Below, one piece after another: positions 25,451-38,929 of a stretch of 64,000 nucleotides of DNA. The translations under genes were made by a program, and so were the position numbers. This DNA comes from Vicugna vicugna. Taxonomy: Eukaryota. A model generated the notes under the pieces. It saw nothing but the letters and a program-made list of their open reading frames with translations, did no database searches and was not told the origin of the DNA. Position 1 is the stretch's first letter. Each line of letters opens with the position of its first letter. Location: assembly GCA_013265495.1 (NCBI GenBank), contig MU058000.1:3139722-3203721 (forward strand), written 5' to 3'.

Positions 25451-27339
25451 TTATTACACTTGTGTATCCTCTGTTGTGATGTAGTTTGGATTTGCCAGGG
25501 CATTGGAGGGCATGATAGCTAAATTCACATTTAAACAGGCAATGTAATAAATGTATTACTAAAAATTAACTTTGCTCTATTCTCTGCTGGGGGTTCATAG
25601 AGAAAAAGTTGTATAGATCATGCTGTTTTCCCAAGAACACACACACACACACACACATACACACACACAACGTGTGCCCTAAATAGTCACACCAGAATTG
25701 TAACTTTATTTTTCTTATATGAAATCCCTCTCAAATATATTTCAAGGAACTTGATTAATGATTTTTCTCATGTGAACTGGTTAATGATGCTGATTAAGAA
25801 TCTCTGGTGGGCAGGCAGGCAGAGGTGCTTGGGAATCTATACTGTATACAAACCCCAGAGAACTCTCAGCCGCAGGAAAGTTTGAAAATGGTTGTACATC
25901 TCTGAGTCTAGTTTATAACCATCTCCTCTACATTTAAGTTCCATTAACTCTGTCCTCTTCATTCATTCTCTCCCTCACAACACCACAGACCCATATGCCT
26001 CTCTCTGAACCCCTCTAGGCGTAAGTTCAGAGGCCAGTCAGATTCTACTTTTATCTTCCACCTAGCCCTGGGGGAGACCCCAGATTATTACTACGACCGA
26101 GGGTTTAGTTTTCTGAAAGTGGAGAGAAAACAGAATATCTCTGAATTTCTTTTAAATTTTCCAAAATATTCCTGCTACCCACCTAACCTCTGCCTTTGCA
26201 ATGGTCTTCCATCTGCTGCCTTTGACTTCCATTTCTCTCCTGTTTTTCCTCACCCAACATCCTGCAGAAATAGCATTCTCCCAAAAAATAAAATGTGTTC
26301 AATCCACATTTTCTCCTTCTTGCTTACAACCATTTATTACCCATGGGAAGAATCCAAATTCCTTAAATGTCTCCATAACATGACCCCAGACTCCCTTGAT
26401 GGCTTTCTCTCTAGTGATTTCATTCATTCATATACTGGCCATAGATGAAGAGCAATTCTTTGAAAATGTCTACTTCTTCATTTCAAAATACCTTTCCACG
26501 TACTGCTGTCTCTGCCTGGGAGGTGGTCTAGTCATCTCCTAAGTACACCCACCTTGGTTTTGAAGGCTGGTTGTGGTTAACTGGTATCGCTAGTACAATT
26601 AAAAGCCCACCCTCTCCCTTTCACCTGATCGTGGTCCCACCCTCTGACAGTTATTATGATATACGCGAGAGCTTCTGTTCTATGACTGGTGGGGGTGAGT
26701 CAGCGGGGCTCCACCAGGTAGGGAAGCCCACCACCCTCCACCAGGTCCTAGTTCTCAGCTCCTACAGTGAAGGGAGGGTAGGATTGTATTGGATTGAATT
26801 ATTCATGAGAAAATGTGTTAAGCACTTGGTATAAGCACAGCCTTGGATCCTCTGGGCCAGAGACAGCAGGCATCATCCTCACCTGGCAAGTACGCAGAGC
26901 TCGCCGGCACTGTGGGTATCCCGGCACGGGTGTGTCTCTTCTCCAGCGTCAGGCTCCCCAGTGAACACTCACCAAGTGACCTCATGGATGAACAGATGGG
27001 CAAAGGGTAGAAAAGGAAGCTGAGAACAGGCCACATGCTTCAGCTAATGGACTAGTGTCAGGAGGGCAGGGCATGTGGGCTATGTTTATGGGGACAACTA
27101 GACATAAAGACATGACCAAGGTACACCTTACAATAGGAGAATATCTAGTAATCAAACTAACAGAGACACGGGCAACGTGTACTGTGTAACTTCGGTTAAA
27201 AAGGCAAAGAAGGAGCATGTTTTATTATTATAGGCTAGTGAGGCCAGGGCATTTACAAAATAAACATGCTAAATGCAAGTACCATGTCTTCACCAAAGTC
27301 ATTTTGAAATCTTCTCTATCTCCACCAACATCTGTCCTT

Positions 27340-27863
27340 GTGTAAACCTTTTCACATACCATTTTTTTAACTCTAGACATGCTGGCCTCTTCACTTTTCT
27401 CAGACAAGGCATTTTATACCTCAGGGCCTTGGCACTTGCTGTCAGTTCTATTATTAACTTCCTTCCTTTCAAAGAGCTATGCCACTAGTTCTCACTTCCT
27501 TCAGATACTTGTTTAAGAAGGATTTAACTGAGACTTTACCTAAACTACCTAAAATTTCCATACCCCCAGTATTACGTGTCTTCTTTCCATGTTTTTTTTC
27601 CTACTAGGCACTAATTCTCTCTTTCCCTCTCCTTCCGCCTACCCTTCTCTTTCTCTCTCTCTCTCCAGTATATTTACACACACACACACACACACACACA
27701 TACACACACACACATCTTGATCACTGTCTGTTTTACTCATTAGAATTCAAGCTCCATTGAGAACAGAGATTCCGCGTATCCATTTTTCTCACTGTTGCAT
27801 CCTCACTAGTTAAAACAGTGTCTGTCACATAACACAAATACCTTATAAGTGTTCACCAAATGA
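27340..27863 (+). mobile_element. L2a 3' end with embedded (CT)n/(CA)n microsatellite
   Basis: cctcagggccttggcacttgctgt...tagaattcaagctccattgagaacagagatt...aacagtgtctgtcacata. Confidence 0.8.
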
Positions 27864-28648
27864 AGGGGGTGATCTCTCTCTATGTCTGCTTCCTCAACCA
27901 AGCAAGGAGCTCCTTTTAGAGGAAAGTAGAGATTCGATGGCTTACTTACTTTTCAGCCCCACCACCTAGAACATCGTCACACATAGCATACAATCTCTAA
28001 AATCAGATACTTCTTTCATGACAACAATGAAATCCATATCAAAGACCCCCTCCACCTTATGTATTCTGTGGACTGTTTTCCCATCATGACATTTTTTAGT
28101 TATAATAATCTTTTTTGTGATGCTTAATTAGATTTTAAAAGTGCTGGTATGAGGGAGAAATCATCATTCTCCTTTGACAGGGAGATCAAGAATGAGGAAT
28201 AAGACCTGTATTTAAGTCAGTGGCATGGTTAGGATTAGAATCCAAAATGTACTCAGCCTCAGATCTCCTGAGTCATCCTTGCTCCAATGAATTACCCTTG
28301 GATAAGTATGTTCGAGGAGAAATAAATCCTTTTGTTTTCATCAGGCAATCTATTTGTTGACATCTGTCTTTTTCCGAGACAGAAGGAATATATTTTGTTT
28401 TTGTTTTTGTTTTATTTTTTCTTTAAGGAGAAGAAGAGGAAAAAAAAATTCTGGCTAGAAACCTTTGGCAATTAAGTTCACTTCAGAGGGCACTCAGCAC
28501 CTGGATGCCATTTTCTCAATTCAAGTCACTACAAGTTGTGTAAAAAAGGAAATAAAAGTGCACTTATGAATAGACTTGATTCAAATATTTGGGGGTAAAT
28601 TTCAGAAGTTTCTTAGCAAGGAGGAACATAGAAATAAGAAATGTAAGT

Positions 28649-29027
28649 CAGACAAATACCCCGTGATGTCAATTATATGTGGAATCTAAAAAAAGAAAAA
28701 GATACAAATGTTATTTACAAACCAGAAATAGACTCACGGACATAGAAAACAAACTATGGTTACCAAATGGGAAAGGAAGGGAGGGATAAATTAGGAGTTT
28801 GGGATTAACAGATGTACACAACTACATATACAATAGATAAACAACAAGGACCTGCTGTATAGCACAGGGAACTATATTCAATTTCTTGTAATAAGCTATA
28901 AGAGAAAAGTATCTCAAAAAGAAACATATGTATGTATACGTATAACTGAACCACTTTGCTGTACACCTGAAACAAGCATTGTAAATCAACTACAGTTCAG
29001 TACAAAATGAAATTAAAAAAAAAAAAA
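28649..29027 (+). mobile_element. 5'-truncated artiodactyl-type L1 3' end with 13-bp TSD
   Basis: tatatgtggaatctaaaaa...acatagaaaacaaactatggttacc...gggataaattaggagtttgggattaacag...poly(A); TSD AAGAAATGTAAGT at 28636-28648 and 29028-29040. Confidence 0.93.
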
Positions 29028-30714
29028 AAGAAATGTAAGTTTACGAAAATTTAGCACTCATTCTAGGACATCTTGTTATGTGGAAGTCTTTGCAGGCTTT
29101 ACTTTCTTTAAGTAGATATTTCAGAATAAACTCTCAAATTTCTATATAAAAATAGCCTAATTATTTATAAAGCAAGAATCTGTCTTTTATGCACACTGTT
29201 GCAATCTTGAAAAGTGGAAGAAATGGAAAAACTGAAGTCAGGGGAGGAGTGAGGATTATTGCAATGATTTAGGTAAGTTTTACCCTCATTCAGACAAAAT
29301 TTATTCATCGTCCATCTTGCCAATAGGGATGCCCTGGTAAGCAAGACAGACTCAGGATGGGCCAGTGGAGGCTTGGTGAAACTGACCAGTGATTCTAGGA
29401 AGGAAGAGAAAGGTGTCAGGAGGATACACAGTACCCTGACCTAACGTGACCTGACACGCTTTGACAAAAGCAATGGCCTGAGAATTGAGAGGAAGAAATA
29501 AATCCGAGAAATGTTTAGAATGTAAAACTGACACGACGTCTAGAGAGGAGCGAGGAAGCCATGGTTTGCAGGTGTTGGAGAGAGAAATGGAGAGAGAGAA
29601 TCTTTACCCCTGCACATTGTGAAGAAGGCTCTAGAAAACCTTACCACCCCTACCTTCCGATACGCCTTCCTCTCACTTATTCTTGAACACTGCATTCCTG
29701 GCTTCCCTGGAGCTCACATTTATGTGGCCTTGCTAATGCTCCTTTTTCTGGAACTGTATCCCTGACCTCTCCACCTGGCTACATCTTATCAATACTCTAA
29801 GATCCATCTCTGTTATGACCCACTTTGGGAAGCTGACTTTCATTCATGATCATCCCAGTCCCTGATGCTCCCATAGTCTTTTGTTTACACCTAGATGTCG
29901 GCCCTTAGGTTATAATCTAACAGCTTCCTAGGGAGCAGGCTGGGTGCTGTTTATGTTTGAATTCTACTTTGTAATGTTCATGGCTAACGGTTGTTCTGCT
30001 TTGGTTTTTTTCCTCCCTTCTGGTGATGAGAGATAAGACACTTCTATAACACTGTCTCCTCTTTTTATCTCCTTTGTAGTTTGCTGGTGTTTGGTTGTGT
30101 TTTTGTTTTTTTCCTGCCCTTCTCTTCTCTCTGAGATGCCTTTTAAAATCCTATTGTGAGGTCCTGGCTGGTTGAGACCAGTGGTGAATAGGCGTGACTC
30201 CTTAGCCAAATATTTATTCCAAGTGAGTCCAGGAGCCTCTGCTGCCGCTCTGTGGGTGTGTCATATCAGTGACACACCTCCAGACAGACCTAGGTCACTG
30301 GTTTTCCCAGTTGAGACATCCTATCTGTCCCTTTCTCCCCGGTGGGCAATTGAGTAGAATGGGAATAGAAATAAAGATGCCGGAGTTAACACATGGCACT
30401 TGGTAGCCTCACTTTCTTTCCCTGCACCTTTACAAATTTTCACAGACCCTCCTGCCCTGCCCAATCTGTCTCGTTTGTGAAAACACAAATATGAGAGGAT
30501 ACTTCACAGGTGGTCCACCAAGTCCATCACATGTTCTTAGAGTTCCTATGATACTAAAATCCTTAGGCTCTGCAGTTACAAAGATGACTAAGACATGGCC
30601 CCTAATGTCAATTAGGAGCAACTGACACAAAGTTAGCTTGTGTTAAATGTTTATCCCGCCATTAAATAGCAAGTAATTCTACTCGAGCAAAGAAGGGAAG
30701 AGTGAAGAGTTTGA

Positions 30715-30775
30715 AAGTGAAAAGTTAAATAATGTATACTTAATAAGTGAAAAGTTAAATAATGTATACTTAATA
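30715..30775. repeat. Perfect 30-bp tandem duplication
   Basis: aagtgaaaagttaaataatgtatacttaat x2. Confidence 0.95.
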
Positions 30776-33589
30776 GTTCAGGATGACAATTTATGCCCAT
30801 ACGATTTAAAACCAAACCCCAACAGATTAGTACTTGCTTTTCTAGACGCGTATTTCCTGACATATTTGAACTCTCTTTATTGAAATAAAATACTTAGGAG
30901 AACTTTTCTCTTTTTTATAGCTTTCTATGAAATGTAAACGGACACTTCAAAGTCACAACACATTAAACTAGTCACCTAGATACACACAGTCATACACATG
31001 CACATATACACAAAGCAAATAAAGCCAACCTCTTGTAGCCTGGTTCTTTAACCTGTACTCCTAGTCCTGACTCTTTTAAAGCCCATTCAGGGTTCATGCC
31101 GGCTGTCAACGTTGTCAAAGTTAGTGTTCAAGCTATGCATGGACTAACTAGTTTGAATGTAGGAAAAAATAATTATGAAATGAAACAGGCAATACCAGGC
31201 AAACTGTATTTAAAAAGTGTACTATTACTCATACAGTTTTGTTTCCAAATATTCTCATGTGAATTAGAAATAAACCAGCTAATGAAAGACACTTTCTATT
31301 CCACTCACTGTAGTTCTTGGGTCGCTTCTAACTGATTCACCACAGACAATAACGATTGAAAGGATCGGTTTTGCCCATGCTTCTCATTGATTTTTGATTC
31401 TTTCCCCCAAACCATACTGCTTTAGCTGACACGTAGTTATAAAGTGTCTTTTACGTTTTTATTGTGATTAATTTCCTCCCCTCTTTCAGCAAAATCTAAA
31501 TTTGGATGAAGATTCTAAAACTTCTCACTTTGCACATTAAAGCTTTTTAAGCACAGTTTCCATTTAAAGGATCAAAAACATTTTTTTGGAGGGGGTAAGA
31601 TTACATATTCAGTAGTGCAGAAATTTGGGGAAAAGTAAAATAATTTAAATTTTGACTTGTACTTAGACATGCGGGGATGGGGCTGGGGGCTCAGGTGGTC
31701 ACGGTCCTTGCTTTTTTTCCCAGTTGCCAAGGTCCGGGTTGACCAGCCGTCCCCGCAGACTTGCACTCGGGGTACACATTCCTTTTTTGAATTCTTTTGT
31801 TCTTGAATTTTTTTGCTTCTTAAACATTTTAATGAAACAGATCCTTCTGAAAACTGGGATTACATTTGTGGCTCCCCCTTTCTGTGCGTAGCAAAATCCC
31901 CTCAGCCTGAGCACACATCCGTCATCCCCTCCCTTGTCGCATGCCAGGCTAACTTTGACTTACCTCTCAGACGTTCTGTGCATTATTACCCTTTTCATAA
32001 GGTCTTCACTGACTAGTAGGATTGGAATATGCTAAAATTCTCCATCAAAACACTTGTTCCACTGATTGTATTGGCCATTTTTGTGCTGATATCCACTGAT
32101 AAAAGGTATGTGTGTGTGTTTAACAATAATGTGCTGTTTTGAAGACAGCGTACTGTGTGGCATTTAGTATCTTCCCTTTAAAATGGATGATGCATCGACA
32201 GTCCAGTTTCATCTCTTCTTAGAACTGTGTTTACTGTGGCACAGTTTCCAAGTTTGATAGAAAGAGGTTAGTTGTGTTGTAGGATACAGACGGTCATGCT
32301 TACAAACATTGTACCAGCCTTTCAAAAAGTGAATTTATACAGGAATGGACATTAGTTTCAATAAATCTTTGTTTTGATATTCATACTCTTGAATATGCTC
32401 TGCACTCAGTGCTTTTAAGCTACAGCATAAAGCAACTGGAGAGAGTAACAATATGAGAGGCTTGGGGAAGGGAGTGGAGCTCCTGGGGCAAGTAGCAAAG
32501 CTCGGGGTCCACGGTGCCAGCCTTCACATTAGCAAAGGGAGCTAGAATGTGTTTTAAAAAATTTAAAAAAAAGGCTGATTTCACTCTGGGGACTTGTCAT
32601 CAACATGGTTTGCAAGCAGTCCCCTGACCCCAGCTGAGGGCCACGCCACGGCTGTGGGGACCTCACTCACCTGGGCGAGAGCTCAGGGTGTCTACCGCCA
32701 CCTCACACTTCAGGATTTCTTTAGTAACTACTTAATAATACCATACATTTTTATAAGGTTAGGTTGGCTTTTTGTTAGGATTTTATTTCCAGGGACACTC
32801 GGTTACAGGTAAGAGGCTTTCTGGGACACACACACCTTCCCTATGACTGGTTTTGGGTTCTTGCCTTTGACTTTAAGCCTGAAACTCTCAGGGGTCCGGC
32901 GATAGGCAAGGAAGGCCTCCCAGGGGTTGTTCAGATCAAACCTGCAGACCTCGTGGGCCAGTTCCACCTGCCCAGCCACCTCTGCTTCACCTCATCACCA
33001 TAGTGGAACTCCCCATAACCAGACCGGGGGAAGGTAGGGTCATATGCCAGTTAAGGTCATAGCAAAGCCACTCCAAATGGAAAGGTCTGGTGTCTGTTTA
33101 TAGATATTTCCTGCATTGCCATCTCTTATTTAGTTGAGTGCCTGCACATAGAAAGTGCTCAATAAAGAGTGGATGAAAAAGTAAATAAATGAATACCTGA
33201 TAGTCATGTAATTTGAAATGCTACCTATGCTTATTAATAGGTGCATTGGTTTTTCAACTAATTTTTTAATAGTTTTCTTTCACGAGAATAGCGTTTTCCA
33301 CCTTCCCCCTCCTAAGTCTTCGCTAGATTCACCCACAAGCAGAATTGAGAATAAAGCAACATTGTTTATATAGCATTCTTTCTTTATCTTGCAGTCACAT
33401 TTTTTACTACTTCCCAGAACCACTGCGCCCTACTGCACTCTGCCTCATTCTCTCTTTTCCTTAACAAAACTGCCCCATGATTCCTGAATGTCTCAGGGTC
33501 TCAGGAGAACATGGATTATTTCATATCAGACCTGTTGAGTGGCTGCCAGCAAAGACTTTGAACAACAACAAGAAAAACAACAAACTGAC

Positions 33590-33790
33590 TTTAAATTATG
33601 GCTTCCCTACTTCCCAGTTCTGGGCCTTTGGCATTTATTGAACCCTATACATTTTCTCCACTTCTGTAAAATAGGGATAATTACACAAAATCTGCGCGAT
33701 TCTTGTGAATGTTAGAGGAGTAATGCATGTAAGGTGTCTGGGACAGTTCATTCCTACGTAGTGAGTTGCTGCTAAATGAAATCATTGTTG
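33590..33790 (+). mobile_element. MIR
   Basis: ttctgtaaaatagggataatta...ttgtgaatgttagaggagtaatgcatgtaaggtg. Confidence 0.65.
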
Positions 33791-34270
33791 TTCTTGGTAT
33801 TAACACTATATCATCTAGAAGAGAATATTAAACTGATATCACCATGAAATTTGTTTTAGCAAAGTACTAAGATATCTTCTCAAAATTAAGTAACTGAATA
33901 GGTGACCAAGACAGCTACGTTCAATGGAACAGGGCTCTTGTGGTTCCCAGTGAACCCACACATGTTGACACACACTCTATTCCTGCTTCTTTAATCATAA
34001 CACATCCTCTAATTCCAACTGAACTCTTGAAACATGATATCCATTACTTGATTTCTACCTTCTAAGTTCCTTCTATTGCCACATGAGAGAGACAGTTGAA
34101 AGAATATCTTTGTATCTCATTTGAAGTTAAAAGAGTTGAATAATAACATGATGTTCTGCAGCACCCAGCCTGCTGGGCGCACAACATGTCGAATGAGTTA
34201 AATAAGCAGAATCCAACAGGACACTTGGAAGAAGCACACAAGACCGAACACACCATTCTTTACCGCTTAC

Positions 34271-34335
34271 CTTACAAATATGGACGAGTATGCTGATGTC
34301 TTTGGTACGGGTCCCCAGTTCTGCCATAGTCTTAC
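34271..34335 (-). other. Candidate 65-nt exon of an unidentified minus-strand transcript (recursive-splice-like acceptor)
   Basis: Minus strand tattctatatcttag|GTAAGACTATGG...ATTTGTAAG|gtaagc; consensus donor; non-repetitive; two open frames (GKTMAELGTRTKDISILVHICK and VRLWQNWGPVPKTSAYSSIFV); product not recognised. Confidence 0.45.
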
Positions 34336-34589
34336 CTAAGATATAGAATATGTTGACTCTTTAGAGGGAAATGATAAATAGAAAATTCATTTTAATCTTG
34401 CAAATATTTAGTACCTCAAAATCTCTGCCATATTACTCATTGCCCCGAAAATGACCACAAATACGTACAGGGCATTTGAGATTTATACATTCTGAAAAGA
34501 TTTTATGTTTTAAATTAATGAACTTTGAATAAGAAATACATAGATATGGAACAATCATCAATCATAGACGCATAAAGTGAAAAACAAAG

Positions 34590-35945
34590 ATTGTTACACG
34601 GGATTTTTAAAAAAAGAAGGAAAAAATTAAACCATTCCATTTACTAACATACTTTAAATACACAGACATGTTGAAAGTAAAAAACAAAACATATCATGTA
34701 GTTATACTAGTATCAGAGAAAATACACTTTAAATTAACTGCCAGAGAAAAAGAGAGACATTACATATTGGTTAAATGGTCAATTTACCTATATGAATGCA
34801 TATAATAACACAGTTTCAAAAAACAGATTGGATGAGTTGACAGAACTAAAAGAAAACAGTAAGAATAAAGAAGATATGATTAACCTGATTAACACACTTT
34901 AGCTAATATTATACTCCAAATTGACAGATTACACATTCTTTCAAATGTCTCTAAACTATACGAATATTGATCATATGAGCCATAAAACAATTCTTAAAAA
35001 ATTTCAATAAGATTGAAAATAATTTAGAATATTTTCTCTGACTAAAGAATTTAACTGGAATTCAATACAAAACAAGGTAAGTAAAAATAGCCACATAGTT
35101 TGAAATTATACTATATGTCTACATAATCATAGTGCAAAAGGAAATCAGCAAATAGTGAACTGAGTAACTATGAAAATGAAACATATCAACACATGTGGTA
35201 TATAACTAATGCTGTGTTTACCAAGAAAGGTGTAATTTAAAGGCACATTTAGAAAGAAGAAAACTTCAGTGTTCTAAGGCTCCATCTCAAGAAGTGAGAA
35301 AGAAAGCAGCAAATTAAACCCAGAGAGGAAGGTCCATGTGTTACTTTTCCAGGGATATGTAACAAATTACCACAAACTGGGTGACTTAGAACAACAGAAA
35401 TTTATTCTCGCACTATTCAGAAGACCAGAAATCTCAGGTCAAAGTATTGACAGGATTGGATCCTCTTGGGGACTCAGAAGGAAAATCTGGTCCATACAAT
35501 CCCCTAGAGTCCAGTGGTTGCAAGCAACCCTGGGCATTCCTCGCCTTGCAGCTGCATAATTCCAGTCTCTACTCTGTTGTCACACTGGCGTCCTCCCCCA
35601 TGTCTGTCTTTGTATCTCTTCTGTTCTTGTAAGAACACCTGTCATATCCAGTTAAAGGCCCACTCTACTCCAGGATGGTGTCATCTTAACTTACATGTTA
35701 ATTATGTCTGCAAAGACACCATATCTGAATCAAGCCACAATCACCAGTGTCAAGGACTGGGACTTGAACACATCATTATGAGGAACACGATCCAACCCAA
35801 GACACGAGGAAATTATAAAAAGCAGACCTTAAAGAATGCAAAAAGAAAGCACAATGAAAAAAGTATCAACACCAAAAGTAGGTTTTTGAAAGGAATAATA
35901 AAAGACTACTAGGGTTCACAGATCTCCGACAAGGTTGATAACGAA
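34590..35945 (+). mobile_element. Ancient L1 ORF2 fragment interrupted by an MLT1C LTR
   Basis: gccagagaaaaagagagacattacatatt...acacattctttcaaatg...atgaaaatgaaacatatcaacacatgtgg...tccatctcaagaag; resumes after 35804 with aacaccaaaagtaggtttttgaaag. Confidence 0.75.
35337..35804 (-). mobile_element. MLT1C-like MaLR solo LTR
   Basis: tgtaacaaattaccacaaactgggtgacttagaacaacagaaatttattctc...tctgcaaagac...gaacacgatccaacccaagaca. Confidence 0.88.
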
Positions 35946-38039
35946 ACACACACACACACACACTCTTTAAACTTGGAAGCACCTTTTTTTTTCTTCCTAA
36001 ACAGATACTAATTTCCCTTCATTCTCTCTCTATATATGACAAAAATGAGGAAGAAGAATAAAAATGAGATAACTGTGATGCAGTTGAAAGAATACTGGTT
36101 TAGAAAGTACAAGATAAAGGAGTCATCTATGATTAATGAACTGTATGAACATAGGATAATCAGTGAAATTTTAGGAATTTCTTTTTTCTCATCTGGGAAA
36201 TGTGAGGCAAGAGGAACGATCATCTCATGGTATTCGTTTTAATAATAAATATAAATGAAAACAACTTATACATTTGAATGGTAGCAAATACAGTTTTAAT
36301 GTGATTGCAGGATATATATGACCAGTTTGTCAATTGCTTCCCCTCAATTGTTTACATATCGTATAAATCACTATGTATCATAATCCTAAAACTTCCTTCT
36401 TGGAAAACTGTTGGTGGTAAAATCATTCCTTCATTTTTAATCTTAATCCTAGAATCCCTTTCAAAATTTGTATCATCATGTTTCTATCTTGTTTTTAAGA
36501 AAATTATAGTTCTATTTGTCTTTTATTCCCCCTTCAGTGTAGTGTCTACAGCAAGATAATATCAAAATAGCATTTTAATTAAAATAGTCACTCCATGTGA
36601 AACATTCTTAAAATAAAGAGAGCAAAAAAATAAAATCTGATTGTGACAAAACACAGGGCTGAGTTTACGGTTGGCACAAGATCTGAATCTGCTTCCCCAA
36701 GTGATCGTTTTATTTTCACAAAGTAAATATTTCAAGAACACATTTGGGAAAAGATGTGTTTTCCATTGAGATTTAGAAAAAAATAAACACAGACATAATT
36801 CTTTACCCTGACTGCCGTATATGGTTAAGAAAAGTCCACAACCAAGCATGTAAAAACATTGTTCTTAAGTGTGGCTGCAAATAAAATAGCAGGAGAAAAA
36901 GGCAGAGGAGCCACAGCAGGAAGTGATTCTTACTGTGTGAAGCAAGTTCTGGCCCACCCAGTGCTGTCGCTGCAGCGCTTCATGGCCATAAATGAACCGT
37001 GTTGTGCTTCCATTTTGGTTCAGCATGAGTAGCAGTGAACGATGGATCGCAGTGATGTGACGTTGTGGAGCACACCTCCTGTGAGACACTCATCTTTTAC
37101 ATCTTGTTTCACAGCCTACATCCCCAGTGCCTCGTGCTGCTTCTTATAAAGTCACATATTCTTTTCCAGGGCCCGTGAGAAGACAGAAGACACTTAGGTT
37201 CAGTAAGACTCAATCTGAAATCTCGGTGGCCTTTCTGCTGCCAGTGATCTGCAGGGATGCTTTCAAGGCAGGTTAGAGGTTGGAGGGGAAAAAGAAACAC
37301 AACATCTCCAATTGGATCATATTTATCCTGGGAAAAATCTTTGTCATGACCCCCAAAGGCCATCAGCTGTGCTGTGATAGAGGAGCTCCGAGGGTCCATA
37401 TGATTATCCTTGTTCTCAAGGATACTAATATAATTATTGACTATAAAATTTGCCTGCCTTTTCAAATACATCCAGAGTATTTTACTTGTTAATCTCCTTC
37501 TTTAGGTTGAATAAAATAATATATTCCTTTTGATTTTGAATATATTAAAATTAGTTGAATGACATTTTCAAACTAATAAAAGATATTGGCCAGCTTACAT
37601 TGTGCTACCATATTTTTCAACTGATAAAATTCCATCTCTTATATAAAGCTTACCTCTCTTACATTAACCAGATTTTTGTTAGCTACATTAAAGCACGAAA
37701 TGCCAGCTCTGATTTCTTCTAGCTTTTATGTTTTGTTTTTCTCCAAAGGATCTCTCTCCCTTTGGTCATTTAAGGTTTGAGACCATATTTTAGGATCATT
37801 TTGCCTTTTTTTTTCCCCCCTAATATTTCCTACCATAGTACCTCAATAAAATTGACAAACCATGAATGAGTGTTGTGTGAATAAATGAACCTTAATATTT
37901 TGCATTTTTTATTAAGTTCTAGTTTAGTAAAAAGTGAAATAAATTGGAAAATAATTTTTGTTGGAAGTCCTCTAACATCACTGTTAAACTTCTGTTTCTC
38001 AAACCTTTCCCCAGAGGTGCACTTAACAGAGAAGAAATT

Positions 38040-38125
38040 AATGTATATATATATATGTATATGCATGATTATATATATTGTTATATATAATACACACACA
38101 TACACACATATATATATATATATAC
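38040..38125. repeat. Degenerate (TA)n/(CA)n tract
   Basis: Seen directly. Confidence 0.85.
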
Positions 38126-38377
38126 TGATACACATACACCTCATGGTCTAGAAATATATTCTAAATCCTGCAGTGTGGAAACCATTTCTTTGAAATTTTA
38201 TGATTTATTGTTAAACTGTACTCACACATTTGTAAAAGTTCTTTAGCTGAAAGCAAAGGCCTTGCAGAAAAATATTTCATTTTATATGTAAGCTTGGTAT
38301 TTGGCTAAAGATAAGGCGAATAATTGTCTCACAATGAATGCAAGAAAAATTAAAAAAAAACTTCTTTTAAAAATGAG

Positions 38378-38508
38378 CATATAGGCTACTTACTGTGTGC
38401 CAGTTTCTGTTAGAAGTACACCTACAACAGTCTTCTGAGGTACGTGCCCATTTCACAGATAAAACTCTGAGGCACAGGGAGGGTAAGTAACCTTCCAAGA
38501 TTACCTGG
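38378..38508 (-). mobile_element. MIR
   Basis: cttactgtgtgccag...cccatttcacagataaaactctgaggcacagggagggtaagtaaccttccaag. Confidence 0.8.
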
Positions 38509-38929
38509 AGATTTATTTATAAAAGGGCACTTTACAGCCGGATGTTTTCACAGCTTGTGGGCTTAATCACTGTGCTTTACTTTCCAATGATAAAAATACT
38601 GTCAGAAATCAAAGGGAACCGATAACAAATGAAACCTGAAACATACAGCGTGTTGCTACTGTCAAATCCAAATGTGACTGTAACTTGAATTGTATTGCTT
38701 TTTTTAAAATTTGGTTTGTAGTTAATTTGTACTTTCATAGTTTGGGAAGGACAGAAATGCATACCTAATTTTGTGACTCAACATATTTAAATAATAGAAT
38801 CAAAATGGTATGAGCAAATATTAGGCCTCTACATTTTTTTCTTTTAAATAAATCCACATGTTGCTTGGTTTTGAAAAAAAGGTTGCTCTGTACACTTTCA
38901 ACCAACTTGATGAGTCATGAGCAAGATTT

